A DNA stretch of 64,000 nt from Epiperipatus broadwayi. Taxonomy: Eukaryota > Animalia > Onychophora. Made by a program: the position numbers and the translations under genes. Below are positions 23,771 to 36,734 of this stretch, in pieces. Position 1 is the stretch's first letter. Every line of letters begins with the position of its first letter. The stretch covers positions 11,904,001 to 11,968,000 of the forward strand of contig JAQFVV010000005.1 in the NCBI GenBank assembly GCA_028023455.1. Reading direction: 5' to 3'. The notes under the pieces are model-generated. The model worked only from the letters and a program-made list of their open reading frames with translations. It had not been told where the DNA came from and did no database searches.

Positions 23771-25691
23771 ATTATTTATAAATGAAAATATATAAATGAA
23801 TTAGTTATTCTAATATTCACAACTTTATTTTAAAAAATGATGATAAACACAGTAAATAAAAGAAGACCAAAAGTAAGGTACTACAATAACAGATTATATA
23901 ACATTATGTTGTAGTGAAAACAAATGTTAGACAGTCTAGCTACATCAAATTAAACCATTTGTTATATAAATGAGACAAAAACAAAAGATTTTCAATTATT
24001 CGCCAAAGCATTGCCTATAGAATGCAAAATCTTAATTACATCAGAAATCAAGTGATTCAAAGTTTGAAAGCTGCAGTTAGTTTATTATTTTACTTTAAAT
24101 GAATTGGGTACTATATGAATCATCGTTCAATTTGGATACATTTTATCTGAATATTTAAATTGAAGAATAATTTTCAATTTGTGCTATAAAATATCAAATT
24201 TATGGCATAGATATATGTACAACTTTCTATATCAAAGCTAAATTTCAGCGAAATATGAAAAAGGTAGTTTGTCTAGGTAGTGCTTCAATTATGATAGGCT
24301 CAAAATCTAGTTTAATTTTTAAAAAAAAGATCTTCCGATTGCTTTATTCCTTATGGGATAAATATTTGTGTTTAGTTTTATGAAGCTGATTACACAAAAA
24401 TATCATGAATACAGTTTTTTTCAGACTACATGTGCAAATGTTATAAATCATCACCAGTTTACAGGACTTTGTTTTTTGTTAATTGAATAGTTGTAGTTTT
24501 ATATTTAGCTTCAGTATTTTCACAAACATAAAGGTAACATGGAAATATTCAATGGCAAAAGGGAGCAGGGAGAGTTTTACATTTTCTCATCAGTATTATA
24601 TGTTTATGACCAAACTAATTTTGAAAGTTCTAGGAATGGAACATTTGTGACTTAATTAGAAGAATTACCTTGAAACTTTCAGCAATATGAATCGATATTA
24701 AGATTTTATCTCCCAATCGTTTTCATCATGAATAATTACCATGCAAAAGATTTTAATTGTAATGGACAATATTATAGAAATTGGCAGTATAAAATATAAA
24801 AATTTGCAAAACACTAAATTGATGAATTTTCAGTTTATACAATATCTCTTCGAATTTGTATGAATTAATAAATTTAGTTGCTTGAATAAATAATTTTTGC
24901 ATGCTTTTGCCTTTTGTATCAAATCGTTTTTTTAATAAAAAGAAATTAGTTTATCAGTTGGATACAATATTAAAGATCTTATATATGATTCCATTACTGA
25001 ATTTTTTTTAAATCTGATTGATAAATGAAAATGTTTTTTTAAAAATAAGATTTAGAAAATTAAAACTCAGATCCTGTGTTAACAATCAACATTTACATGC
25101 GAATTTGAGATGTATTTAAATTGCAAACTCCACATTTTGAAGATTTAATCTGATAAATAATATAAAGTATTTGATTAGTATTATATATATAAAGTACACA
25201 TTAAATTGAATAAAATAATTGTTTTCATCATTTTTAATGGCTATTAAAAAACTTAAAACCACACATTATCGTCATTATATCTCTCTTACACTAGGACAAA
25301 ATTAAACAAGTTGAACAACTTAGAAATACTTTTTAGTTTAAAATCTTATATTTATCTGTGTATTTTTATCTTTTCTAACAAATAGAATAACTAGACAGTA
25401 GAATTTTGCACACAAAGCAACATCATTTGATTATTATTGCTTTAATGTAACTACTTGTAAATGCTAATCTAAAGTTAATTAAATCGTAGCTATTTCTTTA
25501 ATATATTACACCCTTCCTATGAATGTAATTTCAAATAGTTAGTCCCAATTATTCACAATTAAAAAGATAATAAAATGCAAAAAAAATAATTAGAAATTTA
25601 AAAAAAATTTTTTTACTTTTTTTTACATGCATATATAGTATGTACACCGTATATATTTATGTTATACATATTTTCAACATATATATAAAAG

Positions 25692-26136
25692 AGAAATTCA
25701 TATAACACTACAATACTAGTCAAAACAACAAAAGTTTACTAAAATTCCTCTATAACGATGGTTTCATCTCTTAACCAATAGACATTTTTAAGAGAAAGTC
25801 AAGTAAACGTACAACATATATATACAAAAGTATTTCCATCACTCATTTCATCAACCAACTTCCTTTACCATCAAAGGATATCTTCATGAGATTGATGGCC
25901 TCAAATTCAAAAAAAATTATCATCAAAGTTTACTGTGATGGGAAGACTATTTTGTTTTGTATATATATATATGTTGTATATTTTGTCGAATTTCACTTGA
26001 GATCTATTTGTTAATAGATGAAACTATGATTGTGTAAGAATATTAGTAAAATTTTGTTGTTTTAGCTAGTATGGTAGTGTTATATGAATTTATATTTAAT
26101 TGCTAGTATAGCGTTAGGCAGTATTTAGATTTATGC
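25692..26136. mobile_element. Family F old fold-back with tail, possible TSD and eroded hammerhead
   Basis: Arms 25694-~25850 / ~25935-26091; 45-nt right tail. Flanks ACATATATATAAAAG (25677-25691) / ACATATATCAAAAG (26137-26150). Hairpin ATCTATT(tgtt)AATAGAT directly followed by GAAAC (26002-26024). Confidence 0.72.
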
Positions 26137-26699
26137 ACATATATCAAAAGTTCACATGCCTTCTACAAGATTTTGTAATGTTTTACAATATAACTTTCGT
26201 CAGCTGCCCTAAAATCAATCAACATTTTTCATTATTATGATTTAAATAGTGCACATTTTCTAATGACTCGATACTAAATCCAAACTACATACAATTTATT
26301 TTGTATAAATAAGCATAAACACAAGTATTTTAATAAGCGTAAACACAAAAACTTATAAGTAAAGTTTAAAAGAGAAGTTATAAATAAATATAATAATAAG
26401 CTGAACGTTTTCGAGGATCCATGCCTCATAATCATAGCTTTCTTAAAAAGATATAATAAAATATATGCAAAGATATTTAAATTAGCACGTGTTACATGGC
26501 CCATTTCTTCTATATATATCAAAGCAAGTGTCTTCTATTTATAGCATTAATATTTCCATTAATGTAGAATGCTTCTTTTATTTTTCTTTTATGATCACTC
26601 AATTCTGTGCGTAAAGTAATAAATTTATCACTCATTTGAATATTCCAGCTTTATAATCAAATTGAGTGAAATGGTGCTATTTAAATATTAATTTATTGC

Positions 26700-28990
26700 T
26701 CATTTTTAAAGCACATAATGAGAGAAGAAGACCCTGAGTGAATGTCATGCCAAGATTAGTCAATTTTTATTAATCCAGCAACAAATAAAATATAATTAAG
26801 CCTCTACATGACATATTAAATACTGATCTCTTCAAATATTACATATTTATGGTGTCAGAAATTTATAATATATATATGATAAGTAATGTATTTGTAATAA
26901 ATAAAAACAGCCACTCATAATTAGTATGACCATTCCAAATCCAAAAAGGGAAAACAAAATTTTTAAAATGAGTTCTGCAATGACGATACAAACCAGTTTG
27001 TGAAATACAGATACTTCTACATATAGAACATGCCGGTCCATTTATCTGTTTACTTAATATTTGACAATGCTGCCTTTTAATTTCTTCAGCAGAAAACTTT
27101 AAACACGTCTAACAGTAGCTCTCCAATGTATTCTACTCTTTGCCATATCTTCCCAATGGAAACAATTGACTTTGCACATCTTTAAATGATCAAGATAATC
27201 TTCATATTGTAAACTAGGTCTACTCATCACAAAAACTATGTTTAAGTTCATCATAAAACATTTTTAGGAAGGCTTCCATTGTTCATTCATTTTACATATC
27301 CAATCCAATGGTGTGATTTTACAATAATGGACTCAATAGTATTACATCCAATAAAGTGAAGAACATGTTGGTTGGTTGTATGATCTTACCATTGTATTTT
27401 TTAAATTTTTATGGAGCATTCTTAAATAAAACTTTTCTAATTCCTTTATGTTATGTTGATAGGGTGTCCAATTTTTACTTTCATATAATGAATTAGGTAA
27501 AATATCAGCATTATATACAGATAACTTAGTTGCAGTAGTTATTTCCCTGTGATGAAATACTTTATCTTAGAACTTGTTAAAAGCAGTAGTACATTGGATT
27601 CTGTGTTGTATCTCAATATCTAAGTCCCTTTTTCTACTTATAAAGCTACAAAAGTATTTTAAACTGTTTTATATCTCAAGTTGGTAACCATCCAAACTTT
27701 TAAGTCGCTGAAGATTTTTTTTTTTATCACTGGCTAATAAAGAATTTTAATTTTTTGAACATTAATTAATAATTCCAAGACTTTATATGTTGTGTGCAAA
27801 ATATTAAGAACATTTAATAAATGACCTTTGAAATGCAAAAAATAACACAATCATCATCATACTGTAAATCCAAAATCAAGAAATAGATTTTGCTTTCACT
27901 TTTAATCGATTCAAATTAAAAATTCCACCTTCAAACCCCGATTGTATCTTCATTTCTGTTTGATAAAGTCATCCAAAAATAATTCCAAAAATCATTGTCA
28001 AAAATTGAAAACAATATTGAAGTACACATCCTTGTTTAACACCAGTTTTCATCTCAAATGCCTGATTTTCCTATAGTAATAATACTATCTCTCCTATTCC
28101 TCATGTATTTGTATATGAATAAATTTTATTTGGACATGGAACTAATTTCAAACAATGCCAAAGATCTGTCTTGTTGACTGAATCAAATGCTTTGACCAAA
28201 TCAATAAAAACTATAATTCACTCCTTGTTCATGACACTTTTCTTGCATTTGTCTGGCAGCAAAAACCATATTTGTAATGCTTCTTGATTCTCTAAAACCA
28301 CATTGAATCTCTATTAATCATTCATCTAAAATTAGAAGCAATCTATTTTAACAAAATTTTTGAATAATGGATAATATTCCATGATAATTATTGTAATCTT
28401 GTCTATCCCCATTGTTTTTGAAAATTGGAACAATAACATCTTTTCGATTAGGTGACACAACTTTATGGGTCCTTATGTACCTAAAAAAATTCTAATATTT
28501 TTAAAGCTAACATTAAAACTTCTCCAGGCATTTCATTAGAACCTACAGGCTTTTCATTTTTAAGATTACTATGATCTGTTTTGACTTCATTAAGCTGCAT
28601 ATCTGCCCAAATATAAATGACTAAATAAATGGACAATTCATCAATTTGAATTGCAAATATTTTTGATTCTTTAATCTTATTTATTATCTGATATTCTATA
28701 TTTTCTGATAGTATAGCAATTCATCTTCCAATAGTATCATTGGAAAGAAGTATCTGATTTTATCAGCAGCAGATGATCCTAACATTTCAAAACAAAATAA
28801 CTTTGAAAAAACCCCACGGCAGTAAATTATTTTTCTGGTTTAGCAACCCGAAGTGCTACTAAATAGGATCAATAGAGGTTTATTCTGAACAAAGGTTTTT
28901 ACATTCAAAATATTGTAAGCTTTTTTTTCTTCCAATTCTGAATGTTTCGATTTCATGGGTTCATTGCATCATTAGATCGAGCATCATTCA
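26700..28990 (-). mobile_element. Decayed RTE-clade LINE (RT region)
   Basis: Minus-strand motifs in order: FIDLVKAFDSV (~28174-28210), TGVKQGC (28026-28046), LQYDDDCVIF (~27840-27870, YADD-like), QFKY, and EIQHRIQ...AFNK...TATKLSVYNA. Many stops and frameshifts. Confidence 0.8.
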
Positions 28991-29859
28991 CAGATCATAC
29001 ATATCGGGTGTTCAAATTTATATATGTATATTTTTTTCTAAACTTTAGTGCCATCATATTCTTGTTACATTATAATTTTATAATGTATAAAAATGTGTGC
29101 AGTTAGTTTAAAATGCTACTTCTCCAGCTTTGTTCTAACGGTGCAATTTATAAATAATAAGAGAATGGCCAAAGTAGTATTTAATTGGGTTGCCAGTAAA
29201 GGGCAAGGTAGTATGGTATGCAAAAGATTTGAATAAAGACTTTATGTCAGTATACCTATACAAAAGATGGGATGATTATGTTAGAATGGTGTTATAGTGG
29301 CAGGGAATGGGATAGATGAATAGATACATTAATAAAAAATAGAGAGATGGATAACTAGTATGGAGAGTAAAGAGTTTAAATATATATATATATAGAAGTA
29401 AACAGAATATTGGGTGTGAGTTAATTTATGATAATAGCAGGGACAGTAGTTTACTGTTTTTTGATACTGTTTAAGGCTCGAACAGGAATGTTAGCAACAA
29501 GGGAATATACACACAAATGGAGAAATGTGAGTCATTTAGTCTGTAAGTTATATAAGGAAGGCATAGAAAATATTAGGCATATGTTAACTAAATGGAAATG
29601 CCTGCAAGCAGAACGAGTACAAACAATAAAGTTGCGAGAGAATGATTATACGGAAAGTGTTTCTTGGTTTTTATGCTGGGTTTGGAAAAAGATGAAGGAT
29701 TTAGATGTAAAGGCCAGAGAGTGGACAAAGATAATGTTGTGGAAATGGGATGGAGCAAAACAGAGAGGAATATGGAGAAAACTTAGGGTGGAGAATGGAA
29801 AGAGAAGATACGGTGGCCAACAGATTTATCAGGGCATAGTGGCTGAAAGATTCCCGATT

Positions 29860-30015
29860 TCGAGAAAAGTGAAACCACGGTACATCGCATCGCATCATTG
29901 TTTTAGCTCATAGTGACCTCTATCATCAATATTTTTTAAAACGTAAATTTCTCTCTTTGCTATTATACTGCTATACATATATTTGACATTTTTTAAAAAA
30001 CGAACGTTTAGGTAT
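29860..30015 (+). promoter_or_regulatory. Candidate promoter/first exon of ZNF gene 2 (CpG-retaining patch)
   Basis: CpG cluster; TACATCGCATCGC at 29881-29893 is identical to 1674-1686; donor-like AG/GTATG at ~30010-30016. Inference only. Confidence 0.3.
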
Positions 30016-30882
30016 GATTTTATTTTTTAGAATACAAGTATAATCTTTATACATTTTTATAGTATAATTTAAAATTTTATTAATTTAACAATAGAGAATT
30101 TGATGTTAAAATAGATTTTTTTAATAATAAAGTTATTCAAATTGAAAGCATTTTTTTTTTATTAGTCTAGTTTATGTCGGTATTTTATTGTACATAATGC
30201 TTTAATAATTAAACTAATAACTAAAACTTAAGCATTAGGTCTAACGAAATAATGGCTTTCGAGCTAAATTGTTTCAAAGGCCTTTTTTTTTTATTATCTT
30301 TAGCCATGCAATATTATATAAGCCATGACGGGGACAGGTTTAGTAGACTGGCAGTCCTTAAATGTGATCTTTGCTCATAGCAATCCAATCGTTAATGGGT
30401 TGATTTGGAACTGAAGATCGATGTTTAAACAGTTCTATTTAGGGATCCTCCTGCGTACCAGGGAAGTGGAAGAGGCTTAGAAAATGTCTAAAAATGGCCT
30501 GTCTCACAGTTTTAGGTTATCAGTAGTAATAGGAATGAATGCAGTGGTAGTACTAAAGATAGATATTACAAATCTAATTTTTTCTTAAATATAGCTATAT
30601 CGAATGTACGAATTTTATTTAGTTAAGATTTAAGATCAATATAACTATTCTTAGTGAATCTTCCAGAAGAATCAAGTTTCATTGAACAAGTGAATGACTA
30701 GACATTTTTGGAAAAGCAGATCAGTCAGTGATGAGGATGCATGTTTGTGGATTTGCAGTATCTAATTTAGTATTTAATATATAGGGTATATGAGCACAGA
30801 CTTTCAGACAACTCGTCACTCTCCACTCTATCTAATAACACCGATACACTCAAGCACATATATGCTGAAAAGATAAATAATC

Positions 30883-30926
30883 ACCAATATATGTATTTCA
30901 TGCTAAACCAGCAATCATCAGTTGGT
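30883..30926 (-). ncRNA. Minimal type I hammerhead ribozyme (family A, antisense arm)
   Basis: Reverse complement: ACCAA-CTGATGA-TTGCT(ggttt)AGCAT-GAAA-TACAT-ATA^TTGGT. U.U mismatch at the base of stem II. Confidence 0.68.
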
Positions 30927-31305
30927 TCATCTCCCACACATATATACTATAAGTGTTCAGATGTGCTCATATACTCTATATATTACATAATATTGACACA
31001 GGTATATAATAAGCCTGTGTTTCAGTTATTACATTGTAGAGATGTCTGCCCATCCTTGCATATGTATTAAATGGATTATGTCCTGTACATGTGGGGTTCA
31101 GATTGACCTTAGGTCGGCGTGGGTGTGACAAGAATCTCGGCCTCAGGGTGGCCGAGCATTCCATCATCGGATTTTCAATTGGATGGACGGTTGAAGAGTT
31201 GGAGTGTGTAGTGGATTGGAGCCTGTCCATTTGAATATGAGGATTGTCTATCTTAATATATATCTGAACACTTATAGTATATATGTGTGGGAGATGATAA
31301 TCTGG

Positions 31306-31349
31306 ACCAACTGATGATTGCTGGTTTAGCATGAAATACATATATTGGT
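31306..31349 (+). ncRNA. Minimal type I hammerhead ribozyme (family A, sense arm)
   Basis: ACCAA-CTGATGA-TTGCT(ggttt)AGCAT-GAAA-TACAT-ATA^TTGGT. Stem I is extendable through ATAATC/GATTAT after a 3-nt bulge. Confidence 0.7.
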
Positions 31350-31830
31350 GATTATTTATCTTTTCAGCATATATGTGCTTGAGTGTATCGGTGTTATTAG
31401 ATAGAGTGGAGAGTGATGAGTTGTCTGAAAGTCTTTCATATACCCTATATATTACATATATTGACACAGATATATAATAAGCCTGTGTTTCAGTTACTAA
31501 TTTAGTATTGTATATTGTTGGAATTTTTTGTATCAATAAATGGGCTAATGGTGTTAAAACTTAGCTATCATAATGGTACTACTACTCATTTTATTAATGC
31601 ATATGTTCCAACTTTAGATTCAGAGAAAAAAAGGTTTTACTCCTCTGGTTTACATTATTACAGCAATACTATTCGAGGTCATTTTTTTATTTTTGAGACT
31701 AACCAACATGTCGAATACAAATAGTAGATTTTAGCAAAAGTTATTGGAAATAATGGCTTTGTTGCTCTAAATTCAAATAGCCTGTTACTATTTAATTTTT
31801 GCACAACACATGAATTAATTACCACAAACA

Positions 31831-33808
31831 TTGTAAAATATTATCACAATTATATGGAAGTCTTATTCATTTATTATATAAGTAGAAAAAAAAAAAATTG
31901 ACATTCACTTGTTAATGGCTTCAAAGACATAACATCATCTAGTCGGTGTAAATTTCATTTTTTTTTATTTTTATAGCCATCCTAATAAAAAAAAATTAAA
32001 TGCAAAATAATAACAATGAAGTAAAATTGAAGTTTTAGTTTTGCTTGTTATATGTTTGTGAAAATCACTGTAAAAACAAACAAAATGCTCTCTGCATCAT
32101 AGATAAAATCTGTAATCAGATTGGCCATATATTGTAGATAATTTGGAATATAGCTCCTCTGATAGAATGAAATAGAACTATTATGAAGGCTGAAGTGAGA
32201 AAAAGATGGAATCGAGAAAAAAAATATTTTATTTAATTCTTAAATCAATGTTTATACTATATGCATATTTAAATAGAAGTTTTATACAGATCCATTTTAT
32301 ATATATTTTTGAAAATGTGCAGGAGCCGGATTGAGAGCTTTCAAGAACTGGAGTTGACCTATGGACCAAAGGTTCCCCACACCTTATTTAAAGATTGGTT
32401 TAATCATTAATATTCAAAAATATCTGTTTCTTTATTAGCCAATGAAGGAAGAAAAATCTTGATCTATTTTTAGCTTGGATGGTTATCAACTTGAGAATGT
32501 AAACCAATTTAAAAATGTTAGAAGCTTTGTAAGTAGAAAAGTGAAATTAGGTACTCCATTGAGCTGCTGTTTTGTTTATAAGATGAAAGCTAGAGTATTT
32601 ATCATAGGAAAATTACTGCAACTGAGTTAACTGTATATAGTTATTTTATTAATTTTTGCATGGAACTGAAACTTGGACATCCCCATCAATGCAATGTAAA
32701 GGCATTAGAAAAGTTTCACTTAATAATGGCAAGAATATAAAACCTATCAATGTGTTCTTCAACTATCTGGATATGATACTATGGAGTCCACTATTATAAA
32801 ATCCTACATTCATCGAATCAGTGAAAATGAATAATACAATACTTCTTAAAAGGATATTTTATGATGAACTTGAGCATGGTTTTTGTGGAAACTGTCTATG
32901 ATATAAAGATTATTTCAAAAATATTCTTAAGAAGTGCAATGTCTATTGTTTCCATTGAGAAGATATGGCAGAGAACAAAATACATTTGAGAGCTACAGCT
33001 AAACATAGTGTTAAAGTATTTCAGAAAGAAAAGTTTTCTGTTGAAGAAATTAAAAGACATCATCACAAATACCATACAGAAAAATGGACCAGCAAATTCT
33101 ATATGTGAACATATTTATAGCTCACAGATTTAATTTTGGGAGCAAATTTTTTTCCTCTCATAGTTAGAATGGACATATTCACTTATAAGTAGCTGCTATA
33201 TGTATGTATGTGTCGATACAGCAGTATATTATTCCAATAAAAATAGGATCATTAAAGACATCATTATTGTTGATATATCTAAGCCTTATATTATGGTTCC
33301 CAAGAAAACATTAAAGTCAATTTTTCCTAAATAAAAAATTTCATATTACTGTATTGCAGTCATTAATTGCAGAACAAGTGAGCAAATAATTTGATTAATC
33401 TAGATGAAATGAAACTTGATTTAATTCGAATAAAATAATCAATTTTTAAATATTAAAAAGGTTTGAATCTGTACACATTATTAATATATTTTAAGTTAGC
33501 ATTTGTTTTTTTATTATACTTATTAATTTTATTTTTTATTTCACTATATTATAATTTTTATAATTTATTAAATATATTGTTAAATAATTTTATAATACAG
33601 TATATCAATTTCTACAGATTTTCTAATTATGTATAAATCTGTTTATCTAAGATACATTTTCAAATTATTTTATAAAATAATTTTTGTAAAATATTATCAC
33701 AACTATATGGAAGTCATATTCATTGATTATATAAGTATAAAAATTTTTTTTTGACATTCACTTGTTAATGGCTTCAAAGACATAACATCATCTAGTTGTG
33801 TAAATTTC
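31831..33808 (+). repeat. Direct repeats of about 125 bp (31831-31956, 33684-33808) flanking a 1.7 kb segment
   Basis: TTGTAAAATATTATCACAA...TTGACATTCACTTGTTAATGGCTTCAAAGACATAACATCATCTAGT...GTGTAAATTTC occurs twice with few differences. Confidence 0.88.
32440..33130 (+). mobile_element. Decayed RTE LINE 3' fragment
   Basis: GYQLENVNQFK... is similar to 26700-27700 (-) and 42960-43700 (+). Confidence 0.65.
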
Positions 33809-35460
33809 TAATTGTGATTGTAAAATTAGTCAACCTCATCCTAGTTGTTAGTGATTTACTGACTCATTCCATCTTTCATATGCCTGAGAATTTTCCAAAT
33901 CTGTATGCGGAATCATCATATTAATGTATATTTTCTATGTAAAAAAATATTTGTTTGTACTTACATCTAATCAGACTTAACTAAAAAAATTTTTAGTTTT
34001 GTATATATTTAAATGCAAAACATGGAAGAATGTGATGTATAAAACATTGCAGTGGTCAATTGTTATATGCTTTGTGTTGTGTGAATATCTTTTGAAATAT
34101 ACTGTATTAGGTATTTTAAATGATGAATAAGAAATTAAATCAAACCTGTCCACAAAAAATATGGTACAGTTCTAATGTCTTCTATTCATTTTAATTTTTG
34201 CAAAGAAAATGTATAAACTGCAAAATTACTCTGCAAACAATTCTGGTTGTATATTTGTCAAATATTTAATAATATATTTCCATACAATATTTGAAGTTGA
34301 TCAATAAATCTTGAAACATTTTAAAATTGCTTATATATATTTATTAGTCTTCTAACAGTTTGCAAAAACATTTTCAACTGATTTTTATAATAAAAAAAAA
34401 ATGCAAAAATTTGTCATATTTACACATTTTTTGAATAATTCTCATTTATTGATTTTTTTTTTCTAGGTCACCAATTATTTACATCTGAAAAACTGTTAAA
34501 CTTTCATGACAAAAGGTGTAATATAAATAGTCTTAATTATGAAGACAAGTCTTCATTCTACAGCATATAATGAATTGTAGGAAACATGACCAGTTACAGA
34601 ATAAATTCTAGTGATTTTAACAATTTGGTTGACCATCTTATACAATTGTTTTATTTATAAAATTCCAATATCCATGGTTAACTGAACTACTTAGATAAAT
34701 AGTGAATGTATTGTTCGCAGCAGTAAATGTGATAAATATCCAATGTAATTATTTATTTTCATTGGGAGAGTGTGATATTACACTAACATCATGGATTAAT
34801 TAAAGGCAATGTATGAAGAAACTGCTATTAAAAATAACTACTTAAAATATTATTTAAATTCAGAAGGGAGTATATAAGCTTCGAAATTGTAGATAATACC
34901 AACATAAAACTTAATTTTTAAAATTATATAAATTGATTGTTATGGGTTAATTTTATTCCAGAATGCAATCATATTTGGCATGTAGGAAAGGTTACTATAA
35001 GTAGAATGTATAAAATATTGAAAAGCAATTTAATGCAAAATTGATTTCACTGACAGATGTAATGAATATTAGTGACTGAGAATGATATTTGACATGCAGT
35101 GTGAATTTTAAATTAGGTGATGAATTTAATCTTATTTATTATAGCCAATATTCAAAATTAATGGACTTGTTGAGAATTCATCAATTGCAAAACATAAGAA
35201 AGACCTTTTAGCAATAGCCTGGTACTGTTAATATACGAAAATACTTTTAACCATAAGATTTCAATATATACTATTTTGTTTAGTTTTAAAAAGTTCTATC
35301 ATTTTACTTTAGCAGACAGTTAATTTATTTGTGCTAAAGAAATTTTAAAATATAGGCATTGTTAAATCTTTTCTGCATAAAAATTCATCATTATCAATGT
35401 CAGATGAATATCCAACACATAAGAACATTTGCTAGGATAGTAATATCAACACTTATAATA

Positions 35461-35629
35461 CGAAGTACGTATATTGGAGATCATTTATCTTTTTCACATA
35501 TGTGTGATCATGTGGATAGATTGTATGAGATAGAGTGGATAGCGGAAGAGAGCTTGAAATCTGGGTTCAAATCCCCTACAATTTCATCTAAACTCCAAGT
35601 ATATTAAATTATACTTGTATTCTAATATT
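35461..35629 (+). mobile_element. Family A 5'-truncated single-arm copy
   Basis: Starts inside the hammerhead (CGAAGTACGTATATTGG) and ends in the tail shared with the left end of 4301-4551. 10-bp TSD ACTTATAATA (35451-35460, 35630-35639). The paralog has a single ACTTATAA at ~11524-11531 (empty site). Confidence 0.87.
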
Positions 35630-36436
35630 ACTTATAATATATATACAATTTATTTATAAAGAGAATGAATAGTTTATGAAAGTCAAAAACATTTCCTTTG
35701 TGTTTTGATAAATCTCTCATTAAAAAAGAAAATAGAAAAATAATTTGTAAGAGAATAAAAAAAACAAGGTTTAAGAATTTATATTAAGATTTCAAGTAAC
35801 TGCTGCTTCCAGGTGTAAAAGTATTTTATATAAAAGATTTGTACAGTATTGTGCTGTAATGATTGAAGGTAATTATAAAAAAAGTGTTTAATTATTTATT
35901 AAGGCAGACCACCTTTTTAGACTTTCTGTTCTTTTCTTTATTCTTTATACACTTTCAGTTTTCATTACTTAAGATAATCAAGGAACTTTTTTTTTTTTAC
36001 TTTTAATTTCTTTCTCTTCACAGAACTATTCAACATTGAATTACTATTTTTAACAGTCTTAATGATTTCTTGATTAAACTTGATGTTTTTAATTGCTTAT
36101 TCATTGTGGACTTTATTCTTTCAGATATGTATATCCATTCTTTCCAAATCTATATCTTTAATGTTCCCATTTTTTGCCCAAGTTTCAATTTTATGTATAA
36201 TGTCATGCTTTAAGAAGAACATGTGCCTGTCTCTTAGGTTTAAGTGTAACAGTTTACAAAATGACCTTCCATTTTTAGTAAAAATATATTTTCCCACTAG
36301 AGAAAAAAATATTTAAATGTAGATTTTGAGAATAAAGACTGTTGCGAAGTGCTTTTTTAGTTAGATTATAAAAAATCCATAAATGCATAGCAAATGTTTG
36401 GATTATATGTCAGTGAACTTTATAAAGAGTTTTAAA

Positions 36437-36734
36437 ATGGTAAAATTATCACCACAGAAGGAAGATTATTTGAAAGTAATATGTATCATATTTTTTCAAA
36501 TGATGCCATCGATATAAATGAAATAAAAGTAATGAATACAGAGAAGGCAACTTATCAATGCAATACTTCTGTTTATAAGACTGATATGAAAGAAAGATTA
36601 AAAATATATATAAAGGAATGCATATAGAAAAAAAATTCCTTCTGCTATACTTTGTGATTTCAAGACTGCTGTAAAATGTAGATTACAAAAGCATAAATAA
36701 ACATACACAAATAAATCTTTCCAGTGCAGCTTCT
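36437..36734 (+). pseudogene. Decayed 5' part of ZNF gene 2 (N-terminus and about 3 eroded fingers)
   Basis: The ATG at 36437 is in the same TTTAAAATGG context as the gene 1 start, but that frame stops at ~36517. The homologous frame (EGRLFESNMYH...YQCNTSVYKT) ends in TAG. The following fingers carry frameshifts, an in-frame TAA and lost Cys/His. Confidence 0.75.

Larger units (their letters stand above)
30775..31496. mobile_element. Family A composite insertion: antisense arm + short sense end with tail + full sense unit
   Basis: Arm 30775-~30961 is inverted to ~31262-31454. An internal copy of the 3' end and tail lies at ~30962-31030. 42-nt right tail with an ACACAG-N-CTGTGT hairpin. Perfect 13-bp TSD CTAATTTAGTATT (30762-30774, 31497-31509). 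Confidence 0.92.

Noticed and set aside
23950-24900. Possible hAT transposase C-terminal remnant
   Set aside because: Only loose resemblance across stops and frameshifts; not supportable by eye.
29100-29913. 161-aa ORF 29428-29913 in a purine-rich tract
   Set aside because: No recognisable motif. It is probably the antisense of a decayed retroelement 3' end, but the evidence is too weak to call.
30976-31536. 186-aa ORF on the - strand
   Set aside because: It lies across the family A fold-back. Its internally repeated peptide (ITETQAYYI.VSI) simply reflects the duplicated tail; no protein homology is recognisable.
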